A DNA stretch of 64,000 nucleotides from Selaginella moellendorffii (taxonomy: Eukaryota; Plantae; Lycopodiophyta): the NCBI RefSeq assembly GCF_000143415.4, contig NW_003314283.1, positions 1,985,312 through 2,049,311 of the forward strand, in the 5' to 3' direction. Of the stretch, positions 24,730-37,172 are shown piece by piece (within the stretch, counting starts at the first letter, position 1; each line of letters opens with the position of its first letter). The position numbers and the translations under genes are program-made. The notes under the pieces are model-generated. The model did not search any database. It was not told where the DNA came from and worked only from the letters and a program-made list of their open reading frames with translations.

Positions 24730-27510
24730 TCTTTTGCTTAATTGCTTAATAGTTATTAAGTCTTACAATTCATTGCTGATGCTTTCACATCTCTATCATT
24801 ATTTGGGTCACCACATTCTAACTGCATGCATTCCAACTTAGGTTATGCTATTCTTATTTCCATTGGGATTCCATTGGGAAGGGGTTCTCATGAACTCGCC
24901 AACTTGACCTCAAGATATCATGCCTTGGCATATTCAATGTCTTCACACCATTGGCTCCACGAGCCTACCTTTATGACACTTGTTATTTATGTTTAGGTGT
25001 TTGCCAAGATTAATACAGTCATTTCTCATGCCAACTAACCATTAACTTTGCACTATATAATTTATACACAACTTTGTGTCAAAGTTGTTTTCATTAAAGT
25101 TGTTGTCATTAAACCACTTATAGTGGTCCTTCCCCTTTCATGCATTTAGTTCATACTAAACGTGTTAAAGAGATATTGTCTCTATTTCAATTTGACTACT
25201 CATTCAGGAGTAGATTTGGCCTCTACTAGTATAACCATCGCACTTTGGAACTTTTAATTTTGACTTCTCAAAGTCAATTTCCTAGGTGTCTCCAACACTT
25301 TGCATTGCACGTGTTGTGCAAACTCCACTTCCCCATCCTAGGAAGTTCTTTACTTAAAGGCACTATCATCTTCTCTCCTATTTCGTGCCATTCTAGACAT
25401 TAAATTTCATTTTCCCATAATTTGTGCTAAGGTTTTCCATGGCCCAATCATTTGGCTACCTTGCCGCTCCCTCCTTTGGAGCTTTTACTTTGCCAAATTG
25501 GAGCATTTAGGAATCTATCTTCGGAAATATCCTTTTCCACAATTCGTTAGCATTAAACACATAAGTGTTCCTCACCTAACTTTTCCAATTGGATTTCTTC
25601 CAATAGTTTCTATGGCCCAAACTTAGCCCAAAAGTCCTAATCCAAACTTAGGGCTTGCTAGCCCCAAGAATCACCACTCAACATTTGCACTTGGTCCAAG
25701 TGCTCCACGTGTCCAATCCCATGATCGACACTCAAAGGTACCACCAACATATCAACCTGTTACACTAAGGCTATGCCCATTCACTTTTGCCACACTGATA
25801 ATCCAACACCACCTGCATCATAGTCCCGTCTTTCAAAAATTGGGCTATCCATCCATGAATGGTCATCCTAGATCCACTCCTTAGCATCCTAAGTATGCCC
25901 GTAGACATAGGGAACAACCTTCCCTAATATCCCTTTTTCAATCCCCATTAAGTCCCTTTTTGTCCATGGCCATATTCGCCAATACTGCCACTGGGTCATG
26001 GCCCACTGACCCGACCACTAAGTTCCACTGTCCTTTGGGACTTCCTTACCATGTGACAGTATCCTTGGTCACTACACTAGAGGACTGCCCTTTTTCCTTT
26101 CTATAGTCTAGGACTTTGGGATAGCATTTCGAAACACTGTAGCACTATACAAGCCTCATGGGTACTCTCCCCACCTTCTGCCTTTGGGTGCTATAGCCAT
26201 GGGGCTAGAGTGAGGTTCCATTGACCCATACTAAATATCTAGTGCCACCCATGCTTGGACTGGGAACATCAACCATTCAATTTCCTGGGGGAACTAAAGT
26301 TAGCTCTTAAACATTTCACTAAGCTAGCCCACTTGTCTGTCCATATTCATTTTATCTTTGGACTCCTCAGTGGATATATCATCACCCAACACATGCAACA
26401 CATGCATATAGCATTCCTGGGTCACACTAGCCTTTGCCCCCCCGCCCCCCACGGGGATAACAGTTTGTATTAATATTTTGACTTGGATTTGGTCTCGATC
26501 TCAGTCTTGGTTCCATCTCAAACTCCATTTTGGGTCCATCTGGGACTTCATCTTGGGTCCATCTTGGACTCTATCTTGGAATCCATCTTAGACTCCATCT
26601 CGGGTCCATTTCGGACTCCATTTTGGGTCCATCTTCGACTCCATCTCGGGTCCATCTTGAATTCCATCTCTGACTCCATTTTAGGTCCATCTCAGACTCC
26701 ATTTCGGGTTCATCTCAGACTCCATCTTGGGTCCATCTCAAACTCTTCCATGTATTATATATTGGTCCTTTTGTGTCCCTTTTCTAGAGACTCACTGACT
26801 GTTTGCTTCGTGCTCGTTCCTTGAGCACTTTGTTGGGAGTTCAACTCCCACTCTTGACTATCCAAGTTGGCACTTTTAGTCCAAACATGTTACTCTCTTT
26901 TGATTTCCACTTCGACCACTACCATATAACACCCTTTTGGCTCCAATTTTGGGGCTCTAGGGTTTGTGTCTCACAACTCCACCACCCATATACGAAGTTC
27001 AATGTCCTTATTGAATGATAAACCATTTTATAAAGTAATATTAGCATATATTACCCTTTTTATCTTTGGCACATAGCCAGTATTGATCAATGGTTTGACA
27101 CCAAAGGCTCACCATGCCTTGTCCATCCTCTAAAGTGTAGTCTCTCCAACTTAGAGACTCATTAGACCACTTATGGTGGTCCTTCCCTATCATGCATTTA
27201 GTTCATGCTAAATGTGTTAGAGACATCGTCTCTATTTTAATTTGACTATTTATTTAGGAGTAGCCTTGGCCTCTACTAGCATAACCATTGCACTTTGGAA
27301 TTTTTAATTTTGACTTCTCAAAGTCAATTTCCTAGGTGTCTCCAACATCTTGCATTGCATATATCATATGTTAGTCCTCTTGTATCCCTTTTCTAGAGAC
27401 TTACTTACTACTTGCTTCGTGCTCGTTCCTTGAGCACTTCGTTGGGAGTTCAACTCCCATCTCGACTGTCTAAGTTAGCACTTTTAGTCCAAACATATTA
27501 CTCTCGTTTG
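24730..27510 (-). mobile_element. Decayed, rearranged family B copy (internal pieces and LTR ending at 26975)
   Basis: Reverse-complement similarity to 4900-5230, 7280-7990 and LTR B; hexamer array at 26480-26740; local duplication 25120-25320 / 27175-27365. Confidence 0.75.
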
Positions 27511-27537
27511 GCTTCCACTACCAATATAGCAATATAA

Positions 27538-27613
27538 CAATATACCCTTGAGCCTCACTTTGACTGATGTTGACCACATGGTCAAAGCTGGCGTCTAACA
27601 ATTCTTCCCCCCC
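27538..27613 (-). mobile_element. Family D PPT plus start of 3' LTR
   Basis: Minus strand GGGGGGGAAGAAT followed by TGTTAGACGCCAGC, matching the LTR 12097-12307. Confidence 0.7.
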
Positions 27614-27778
27614 AACATTGTTCATGTCCCAAAGATGAATTGTACCGGTGATCACCCTTTCTGGGGAACCTTGCTCAAGCTCCTAGTCCATCTTCCACAG
27701 CTGTATATATTGAGGCATTACTTCATATGGACTAGTATATCAATAGAAAAGTTTGTCACTCTTCCCTGTTCGTAAAGG

Positions 27779-28600
27779 TGTTGGGGGAAGGAGGGGCACC
27801 TCCCCCAACACTCGCTCAAACATGAGAAATACTTCAATGCTCTCTACAAAAATGCCCCCCCTTGCCTTTGTGGGGCAAAGGTTTTATACAAGGAAGATGG
27901 GGAATATTTTGAGGACCAAAATAATTCCTCTCTTTCTCACTCTCTCCCTCTCTCTTGTCTGTCTTGTGGTGGTTTTGTTTGATCTTGGGTGTGTTGGATA
28001 GGTCTGGAGCTCCTCTTTCCAGCAAGGTATGACAGTCATCAAACCGTGTAATATTTGAAGAGATACAACGTTTCTTGGCTCGGTTTGAGGAACAGTTTGG
28101 GGTTTTCACTTTCTTGCCTAGATCCTCAACCCAATTTCTCATAGTAGTGCACTTGGGCTTGTAAATCTGGCCTAGATCTATGAATAGGGGTGATTCTTGG
28201 CGCTAAATTTGGCCAAATTGGCGGCATGCAAAAGGATTTTCTTCTCTAGTTAAATTGGGTCATTTTTGTCGCAAGAATTTGTGCTCCTCCAGGCTTTGTT
28301 TTGGATGTCGTTTGTTTCTAGAGGTACTCCTGGCCCTAGGCTTTCCGAAAATACCAACGGCGCCTTAATATTAATCTACATCAGTGACATTCACATGTTT
28401 TTCCACAATATTGGTGTTTTGGGCAACCTCTTCTTGGATTTTGGGGAATATTGAGGTGGATTCTTCCCAAATTCCTACGATAGAGGGTAGACGGGGTTGA
28501 GCCCTTTCCAACAAGCCCACCAATAATCAAAATGGAGAAGGATCGAGACTAGAGGACTCATTTTTCTCTTTTGGGTTAAACTTTGTTGGGGGGTTCTTTG
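27779..28600. mobile_element. Family C fragment: LTR on -, 5' internal region on +
   Basis: 27779-27950 is the reverse complement of LTR C; 27955-28600 is colinear with 52970-53610. Confidence 0.75.
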
Positions 28601-29566
28601 AACACCAAGAACCTAAAATTACCAAGTGGAATCAGTTGGAAGGTGACCCAAAGGTAAAATGCATATATTCTTGGAAATGAATTGACATTGTCTTTATCCT
28701 TGTCTTTGCACTCAGGTAGTAGCAGCATCAACCTTCATTAAAATAAGACCATCTCCCATAGGAAGTGGAGTTGAAGGACGTGTAGCGAAGGACGTGGAGT
28801 GGAAGAGGCAATATTTCAAAATATTGTGCCAAGTGAAGAGCATCATCAAGGGTGGCTAGAGCAAGTGCATGCACAAGTTTTACAAGATCTTGACGAGGTG
28901 TTAGTCATAACATTCCTAACTTGATCCTCTTTGGCATACTAGGCTTCTCATAAAGTAAGAAGTTTTGGAAATGAATGTTAAATTGCATCATGGACTCAGA
29001 CAACCCTTGATAAAGACAATGCAATTGTTAAAAGGCATCATTACAATTGTTGACATGTCCAAATATGCGTCTAAAGACGTTTGGAAGCATGCTCCAATCC
29101 TTACGAGTGGTTATGTTCAAACCATTGTACCATTGTAGTACTATCTCTTAGAAATGTGTGGGAAATTCATGCAAATGTCGGGCATCATCCCAAGAATGAT
29201 ACATAACAATCACTGTGAAGTGATTGAACCAATAGTACATATCATCTTTAGGATTTCTACGGAAGAACTCCAACTAAACTCGAAGATTGGCAGCAAAAGC
29301 AAAAAGAGTTGTACCACACACCATAAATGATGCTATCAACTGAGTCTAATTGTTCAATTATAACCATATAACATTGAGCAATTGCACCAATTACTGCTCC
29401 AAAGTCAAAGGAAAAGGAGGCTGCTGGTCTGCTATGAAAATGAATGAAAAGAAAAAAAACAAAAGAGAAAAAATTGAAAAAGCTATAAGAAAAGAGAGAT
29501 TTAAACAATGTAAAAGCTAGATTTAAAGGAGAATCCCAAATCCAAATGCTCCTCAACTCCACTAAT

Positions 29567-29950
29567 ATGAGTGCATGGAATATGGAAAGAAAATATAGAA
29601 ATATGCATATCAATTAGCCCAAAAACCTTAGGTTATATATATGAGCGAGAGATTCGAATTGAAACCAATCTAATGGCTACCAAAATCCCACTATATTAAT
29701 ATTAGTATATGGTAATATAGCCGTACACTTGAACCTCATAAACTATAATAAAATTATAAACATATAATCTGTGAGTGTATGAAATATGGAAAGAGAATAT
29801 AGAAATATATATATTAATTAGCCAAAAAACCCTAGCTTATATACAAGAGTAAGTTGTCCGGATTGAAACCAATCTAATAGCTACCAAAATCCTACTACGC
29901 TAATATTAGTATATGGTATCATAGCTATACACTTGGACCTCACAAATCTA
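29567..29950. repeat. Two tandem ~204-bp AT-rich units; an inverted copy lies at ~32455-32600
   Basis: GAAACCAATCTAAT..CTACCAAAATCC..ATTAGTATATGG occurs twice and reverse-complemented at ~32455. Confidence 0.7.
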
Positions 29951-31149
29951 AATATAAAACTATTTCAAAAAGGAAATTAAAAGAAAAGACATATAATTTA
30001 CATATTTAAAAGCTGGGATTTATATAAATTTTAAGATGGATTCTGTAAAAAAACTCTTGAAGAATAAAAATGATTTTAAAAATTATTTTTACTTATAAAA
30101 AAACTAATATTTTTGGATATCCTCAAGTATTTCTTGTTTCAAATGTATATATCACAAAAAAATTCTCTAAATAGTAGGAAGTAAATTACTTTCTAATATT
30201 AATATTAATATATAGTTCACAAGAGTAGCAACATCTTTATATTTTCTTCCTTGCTTCAAATACCAAATATCTTGTCTGGTTTTTAACTAATAACCTTGTA
30301 CAAGCTTAATTTTAAATTCTTATATTTTAATATTCAGATGCACTACTTGAGCTCTGCATTATTATTAAACCCACTAAGTAAATTTATCAAAATTACTACC
30401 ATATTTATATTAAACCTCATGGCAATAGAGAATGGTTCTTGGTATCTAATAGGTATAAGCTATCTTATACAAATATAAATATCAAATCCATTTCTTACTA
30501 ATATCTCAAAAACTAGCTACTTCTTCTATATTTTCTACTAGTCTTTTTACTCATAACATTATTTAATCCGCCAATAGCTTTAAATAATTTTTATATTTTC
30601 TTTCAATACTAACACATAGTTTATATAAATTTTTTGATATTAGTTTTGTTTTTTTCTGCAATTATATTATCTCAATCCCTGAAAGTCTTCCAGGACAGAG
30701 AAAGAGTGTTTAGTAGCAGTTTGGGGTTTCAATAAATTTCATGCATATCTACATGGTTCTTGATCGTTACTAAAAAGTGATCATATTATAATTACTTCAT
30801 TATTGAAGTGGAAGAACTTAGTTGGTTGTACTACTCAATGGGATTTAAAGTTTTAGATATATAATTTTGATGTTATTTATCACTCGAAGAGTTCTATGGC
30901 TGATGCTGAAACCATTTTTTAAGCTCCTTTTCCTTTTTTGCTCTCTTCTCATATTTCTAACAAGCTTGTTATTCTAGCATTTATGAATTTTTTGAACGAG
31001 GATTCAATGTCATTGGCAATTATTATACTTAATGTTTAATGTTCACAAGGTGTAGAATAAGATTTACCTTCTCTTCATGAAATTCACGAAGCTCAAGATT
31101 GAACTATGGATTTAAAGGCTTCGCAATGGGTTGTAGAATCCTGCATGAC

Positions 31150-32600
31150 TTGCCATTTTAGTATTTACATTCTCAATATCGCCTTAAGGACGATTTTCTT
31201 TATTTTGTGGGGACAAATCCTAATAATCATTTATAGTAGGTGGGGCCTTCACTAATTATTCCATACTTTCTCCATGCTACCATAATTCTCCTATTCTATG
31301 CAGGTATATGGGACATTGTCATATGACTGAGAAGTTGCATAAGTCTTTTTATTGGTCAAAGATACAATATGATGTTATCTAATATATGCATAGCTGCATT
31401 TGGTGCTAAGCTCGTAATACTCCCCATCATCTTGTGGAAGGATAGTTGGAATCAATTATAGTTTCCCGTGCATTTGAGTTTGTGGTGTTTAATCTGTTGG
31501 GGCATCTTCCATGATTGATTGCTAGCAATGAGTATGTTATTATTGCTTTTGACTATTTGACTTGTTGAGTGGAAGTCGGTATTCTTGCTAGTACATCTGC
31601 AACTGTTGTTGGATATTTCCTTCTCAATCAAGTGATGTTTCAGCATTCGGAGTGGATTCTTGTGGATAATGGTCCTACCTACATTTATGGATGAGGCATT
31701 TTATATTTTAACATCTTGGTTGGGGATACACCACACTTTCACAAGTGCTTATCATCCACAGTTAAACGGTTTGGTGGAACAACTTATTTGGACCTTCAAA
31801 AGGATGATCGTGAAGTATGTGAACTTTTAGCATTCAGATTGGGATGCTTATTTTCTATATCTTTAGTATGTATATGTCAGAGGGGTGTAGAGTTTTGTTG
31901 ATGCTTTACCAAATAAACTCTTATATGGTTATAATCCAATACTTCCAACGAAATTGGGTTTACTTTTGCGATTCCTACAAGTTACTGATACTAAATCATG
32001 GATTCAGTATTTGATGAGCATTCTTCCACTTGTTTAAGCAAAGTTTGCTGGACACCTGGGCTGCATATAAATGGGACAACAACGGTGTTATAACTCCCAT
32101 CATCATCCACCTATAGAGTACAAAGTGGATGACTTGGTATTAGTTTATTTTTCCAATCTTATGTATATGGTTTATTTAAGGGGTTCTTGCTTAGTGGAAA
32201 GGACCATATTAGGTGTTGCGGCAAGTTGGACCTCAAGTTTATAAGGTTTGGCATGATGTTTAGCAGGCTGATCCTCCAAAACTTGTTCATGTGTAGCAGT
32301 TAAAATGCTTCATACAAAGGGATTAAGAATGACTAACACCACCTACATATCCACCGATGCTTCCTTTTGATGTTCCTCTAGATTCGAGCCTATCTATAAA
32401 AGAACCTTGATGGTTTTCTATTATTTCGAGAGGAGAGGATGATGTGAAGTCTCCATATACTAATATTAATTTAGTGGGATTTTGGTAATTGTTGGATTGG
32501 TTTCAATATGAACCACTCACTTATATATATAAGTTAAGGTTTTTGGGCTAATTAATATACATATTTTTGTGTTCTTTTTCTATATTCTATACACTCACAA
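31150..32600 (+). mobile_element. Old, heavily decayed gypsy integrase region with PPT and LTR start
   Basis: Remnants of DNG..F, YHPQ.NG, GY.P.LP, W.GPY and HV.QLK motifs; purine tract GAGAGGAGAGGA at ~32428 followed by TGTG. Confidence 0.55.
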
Positions 32601-33719
32601 TTGTATTTTAAAAAATATTTATATTAAATATAATTATATTATTTATGTATATAGTAATACAGTAGATCTAATTATATATTTTTTAATGGTTTCTAAAATC
32701 AAATTTAAGAAGGAGATGAAAGAGAATACTACTTTAAGAAAATCTATAAAGGTGCTCTTATATGAGATTTTCTTGAAATAATGTTTATATCTCTAGATGG
32801 ATAGTAAAATTAGAGCTTGGTTATTTTACTTTATCTTTCCTGATCTTCCATGATTTATCATTGCAAAGTACTATTTCTACATTGGCACAAGGAGCCTTGA
32901 AGATTATTTATTTATTATATAAGAATAAAACTTCTCAATATACAAATAAAAAGGTAAAAAGGAAGCACTAGGAGCTTAATTTAGATCCTTTATACATACA
33001 CAACTAAAAAAACTTTGGCACAAGTAATAGCCAATAAAGGACAATTTTTCTTTCATGTATATAAAAAGTATGAAGACTTTGGTGGTTCTCACTAACCATA
33101 TAACTATAGTTTCAATATTGCTTTTAAAGTATTGCGTAATCAAAACTCTTTTAGAGAAATTGTGTTGTGGGAACTATTATACATTTCTTATATTTTGTCA
33201 ATTTATAATTTCTCTATATATCTAGAACCATTCTCTATTTCCAGAAATTCTATTATTCTTTAGTAAACTATAAATGTTAAAGGCATCATTACAGTTCAGA
33301 TAATAAAGAAGTTAACTCAGTACACAATTAAATTTATAACTTCACCAAACCTGTTACAAAATCTATTATTCTTTGGTATGTCTATATTTCTTTGATTTTG
33401 TGAAAACTTAATTGATTTTAAAGCTTGGTACAGGAGTAGCAGAAAGGCTGGGATTTATTTATTTTGGTCTTCTGATTGGAAACTACTGAGATTCAGTGTT
33501 GAGGTCTATAATGAAAGGTAGAGAATTTATGGTTGCCATATTCTTGCAGTGAGCTGGATGGATACAATCCTGAAATTTTGTGTTTTATTACTTTTTTACA
33601 ATTTTGGAGCCAATCAAAATATCCAATATTTTCTTCAAATTTCCCAACAAGGAGTGCACTGCCAATGCAGCAACTTTGTGCACTGGTGCTCTCAAGTTAT
33701 CATCACAGCAGCCACTGAT

Positions 33720-34293
33720 ATGGATGTGACTGGCTTCTCAATTGATCAAACACCATAGTTGAGTGCCAACACCGTACCAGTATAGGGTTCTTCCTCCTCC
33801 AAGTTGTCCAGACAGCATGGCACTCACCTTGCTGACATTCTTGATTTTTTTAAACAAGTGGTATGAGCTGGTGCTCAAGCCAGAATAACCCCCACTTCCA
33901 CCAGGTTTGCTTGGATGGCCGTCTTTATCAATGTGGCTCCTTTTCTTAGAGCCTTCAAGTTTAGAAGACCGGACTTTCATGGGTCACTTTTTGGTTTCAG
34001 GTACAGAAATTACAAGGCATTTCTATTCTGGCAGCCCACCGTCCTGGCTGCCACATCAGAGGCATGCAAATTCATGCTCTCCAAAGACAGTTTTGAGACA
34101 GGAAGCCTAGAGAGTGCTGTTGTGCTCATGGGACAAAATTTGTTTGTGGGATTAACTGGAGAGAGCTACTTGAAGCTCTAGAGTCCACTGTGAACAATCC
34201 CAAAGCACTTAAGCAGTATGTGCCCCTACAACAGCATGTCTTGTAAAGTGGCCTATGTAGCATAAGATCATTCTTCTTACCAAGATGAGAAGG
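33720..34293 (+). pseudogene. KAO: Cytochrome P450 CYP88 / ent-kaurenoic acid oxidase-like first exon, disrupted
   Basis: Membrane anchor, PPLPPG.LGWP, FLRAFK..RPD, YKAFLFWQPTVLA, SKDSFETG, VNNPKALKQYVP, KIILLTKMRR, then donor GTAAGT at 34294. Contains stops and frameshifts. Family call is from recalled KAO sequences. Confidence 0.75.
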
Positions 34294-34861
34294 GTAAGTG
34301 ATGTTTACTTCCTCTTTGGGGTTGGGTAGTTTTTGAGTTGAGCTCAAGTCAATGAAAGTCAACAAAAGTAAAAGGAAGTCAATACAATCTGCAAAAGTTT
34401 AATGAAACTACTTTAGTTCATTCTGAACTAAGAATTTTTAACTTAAAATTTAGGTGTTTAAGATATTCTATAAGCTTATGTAGATTATTGGTTTGACACT
34501 ACCTAATCTTTTAGTCTACAAAGAAAGAAAATAATCTATTAAACAACATAATTAATATTAAAATTAGAACATATTTAGTCTTTGTTTGCTTCCATGTCTA
34601 GAAAAGTAGAAATGGGTATAGTAAAATGCTCCTTCACTATAGGCTTGTGTTGCATGTAATGTTGTATTATGCGTTCAACATAAATAGATAAGTGGAATTG
34701 ACTTTGGTCCATATGATCATTCATATCATTAGGATCAAGCATGTGGACTAAAACACTGTGTGTGACAAGTATGGACTTAATAATATAGAAACATTTGAGA
34801 ATAAATATTATAGATTACTTCAAACACTAACATCATCTATCGCAAAATCTCCTAAGAATAT

Positions 34862-35857
34862 TGTAAGGAACCAACTCCCCAAGGTGTCGAAGGCGAAAGG
34901 ATCCTCAAAAGTGTGATTGAAATAATAAAGAATTCATTAGATGAGACTGAGTCCAAGATCAAGTCTGAGGCCAACTCTAAGACCGAGTTTGAAACTGAGT
35001 CCAAGATCGAGTTTGAGACCGAGTCCGAGACTGAGTTCGAGACCAAGTCTCATATCTGAGATCGGGTCCGAGACCGAGTCTGAAGAAACTTCCAAACAAG
35101 AGTCTGGTGGTGAGATTCGGTCATTCAAGGTGATTGGACGTTCTAGAAGGACAATTGGCCCAAACCAATCCCCTGTTAGAGACTCTCGTATGCAAGCTAA
35201 AGCGTGACAAGAAGCAGAAGATAAAGTGAAAAACTACGGATGTTGGCAGTGTAGAAGGTGTGGAACGTTCAGCAGGGATTAAGTCGGAACCAAACAAGGT
35301 TGAACAAACCGAAGTGGAATCAGTCTCTCAAGCAGTTCCCAAGTACAAACCAAAGCCTCCACCGGTTTAAGGTGAAGGAGTGAAGGACTATAAAGTGGTG
35401 GAAGATTCGTTTTACGATATGGAAGATTACTTTTGAGCATTGCGGTTACCAAGCTCAAAGAAGGTCCCATATGCAAAACTATACTTGGCAGATAATGCTA
35501 AGTCTTGGTGGAGAACAATAGAAGTCAATGAAGGACCAATGGCCATTTGGGAAATGATGAAGGTGAGGATTTGTGCAACTTATGTTCCTCTAAATACATC
35601 TCTACATTTAAGGGATGAGCTAAGTAGGTTGAAGCAAACTAGAATAATTCAAGAGTATGTGAATGCATTCATGGCAAAGAGGATACTTATCATAGACATG
35701 GGTGATATGGATGCATTCCATGCCTTCATATCAGGCTTGCAAACCTAGGCTTGCGGCAAGGTGATGCGTTGGAACCCAACTAATTATAAGGAAGTGTTAG
35801 ATGTGGCTATCAAGGTGCATTTCAATGATAACTTGTGAAAGGGGAACACAACTGGGT
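34862..35857 (+). mobile_element. Family A fragment: LTR start fused by deletion to gag
   Basis: Starts TGTAAGGAACCAACTC, then gag (YAKLYLADNAKSWW...LKQT..IQEY). Interrupted by the family C LTR. Confidence 0.85.
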
Positions 35858-36730
35858 TGTTAGGGCGTGGCCGCTAAGAGAGTGAGAGAGAGAGAGTGAG
35901 TATTCTAGTCCTTGGAATATTCCCCAACTTCTTTGTATAAAACCCTTGACCCATAAGGGCAAGAGGGGGGCATTTTGCAAAGAGCATTGAAGCATTTCTC
36001 ATGTTTGAGCGAGCGTTGGGGGAAGCACCCCTCCTTCCCCCAATAAATGGTGAATTCGGCGTGATGCATAGCACTTTCGGAAGCGTCATTTCTCTCTTTT
36101 CTTTTGGCTGTAGAATTTGGGAAGGAATTCCTTGTTCATCTTGCGGTGGTTTTGTTTAATCTTGAGGGTGTTAGAAAGGTCTAGAGCTCCTCTTTCCAAC
36201 AAAGTATGGTGCTTATCAAGCCGTGTAATATTTGAAGAGATACAATGTTTCTTGGCTTGGTTTGAGGAACAGTTTGGGGTTTTCACTTTTCTTGCCTGGA
36301 TCCTCTATTGAATTTCTTAAAGTAGTGCATTTTAGCTTGTATATCTAGCCTAGATCTACGAGTAGTGGTGATTCTTGCCACTAGATTTGGCCAAATTGGC
36401 AGCATGCAAAAGGATTTTCTTCTCTGGCTAGATTTTTGTGGCAATAATTCGTGCTCCTCTGGGCTTTGTTTGGACACCGTTTGTTTCTAAAGGTGCTTCT
36501 GGTCCTAGGCTTTTCAGAAATCTACATCACGGACATGCACATGTTTTTCCACAATATTGGCGTTCGTGGATTTTTGGGGAATATTGAGGTGGCTTCGTCC
36601 CAAATTCCTACGATAGAAGGTAGATGGGGCTGAGCTCTTTCCAACAAGCCCACCAACAGTCAAAATGGGGAAGGATCGAGACCGAAGAACTCATTTTTCT
36701 CTTTTGGGCTAAACTTTGTTAGGAGTTCCT

Positions 36731-36757
36731 AAGCTCTATTTTGTTAAAGTGGGAATT
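36731..36757 (+). repeat. Left terminal inverted repeat
   Basis: AAGCTCTATTTTGTTAAAGTGGGAATT. Confidence 0.9.
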
Positions 36758-37172
36758 GTCATTATCCCACTTGTAAAATAAGGTTTCCAAACCTTTATAT
36801 AGTATATAAATATAACAAAATTCAACTGCATTGAGGCACATGCCATTTTATTTTAAACAAGGAAATATCTACTCAATCACTTCTCCTCCCCCTGCCACTG
36901 CTTCACCTCTCTCTTCTCCTTGTCATCGTCGTCCAATTTCTTTCCATCCTTTTAATATTGGCTCAGTTGCTCCGAGTCTAGGTGGAGCCCAAGTCCCCAT
37001 TCAATCTTTACTTTCCCCTTATTAATAAAACAACTTCGTAGACTTCCAATAACATGCTGTAACACTTCTAGTATAATGCAAATCCTCTCAAAGAATTGTC
37101 TTTTAATATTAATACAATGGCATGGAACCCCATGCCATAATAAGTTACATTTTTAAATAAATACATGCCATC

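Noticed and set aside
29950-33700. Short ORFs in AT-rich DNA
   Set aside because: No coding signature beyond decayed integrase remnants.
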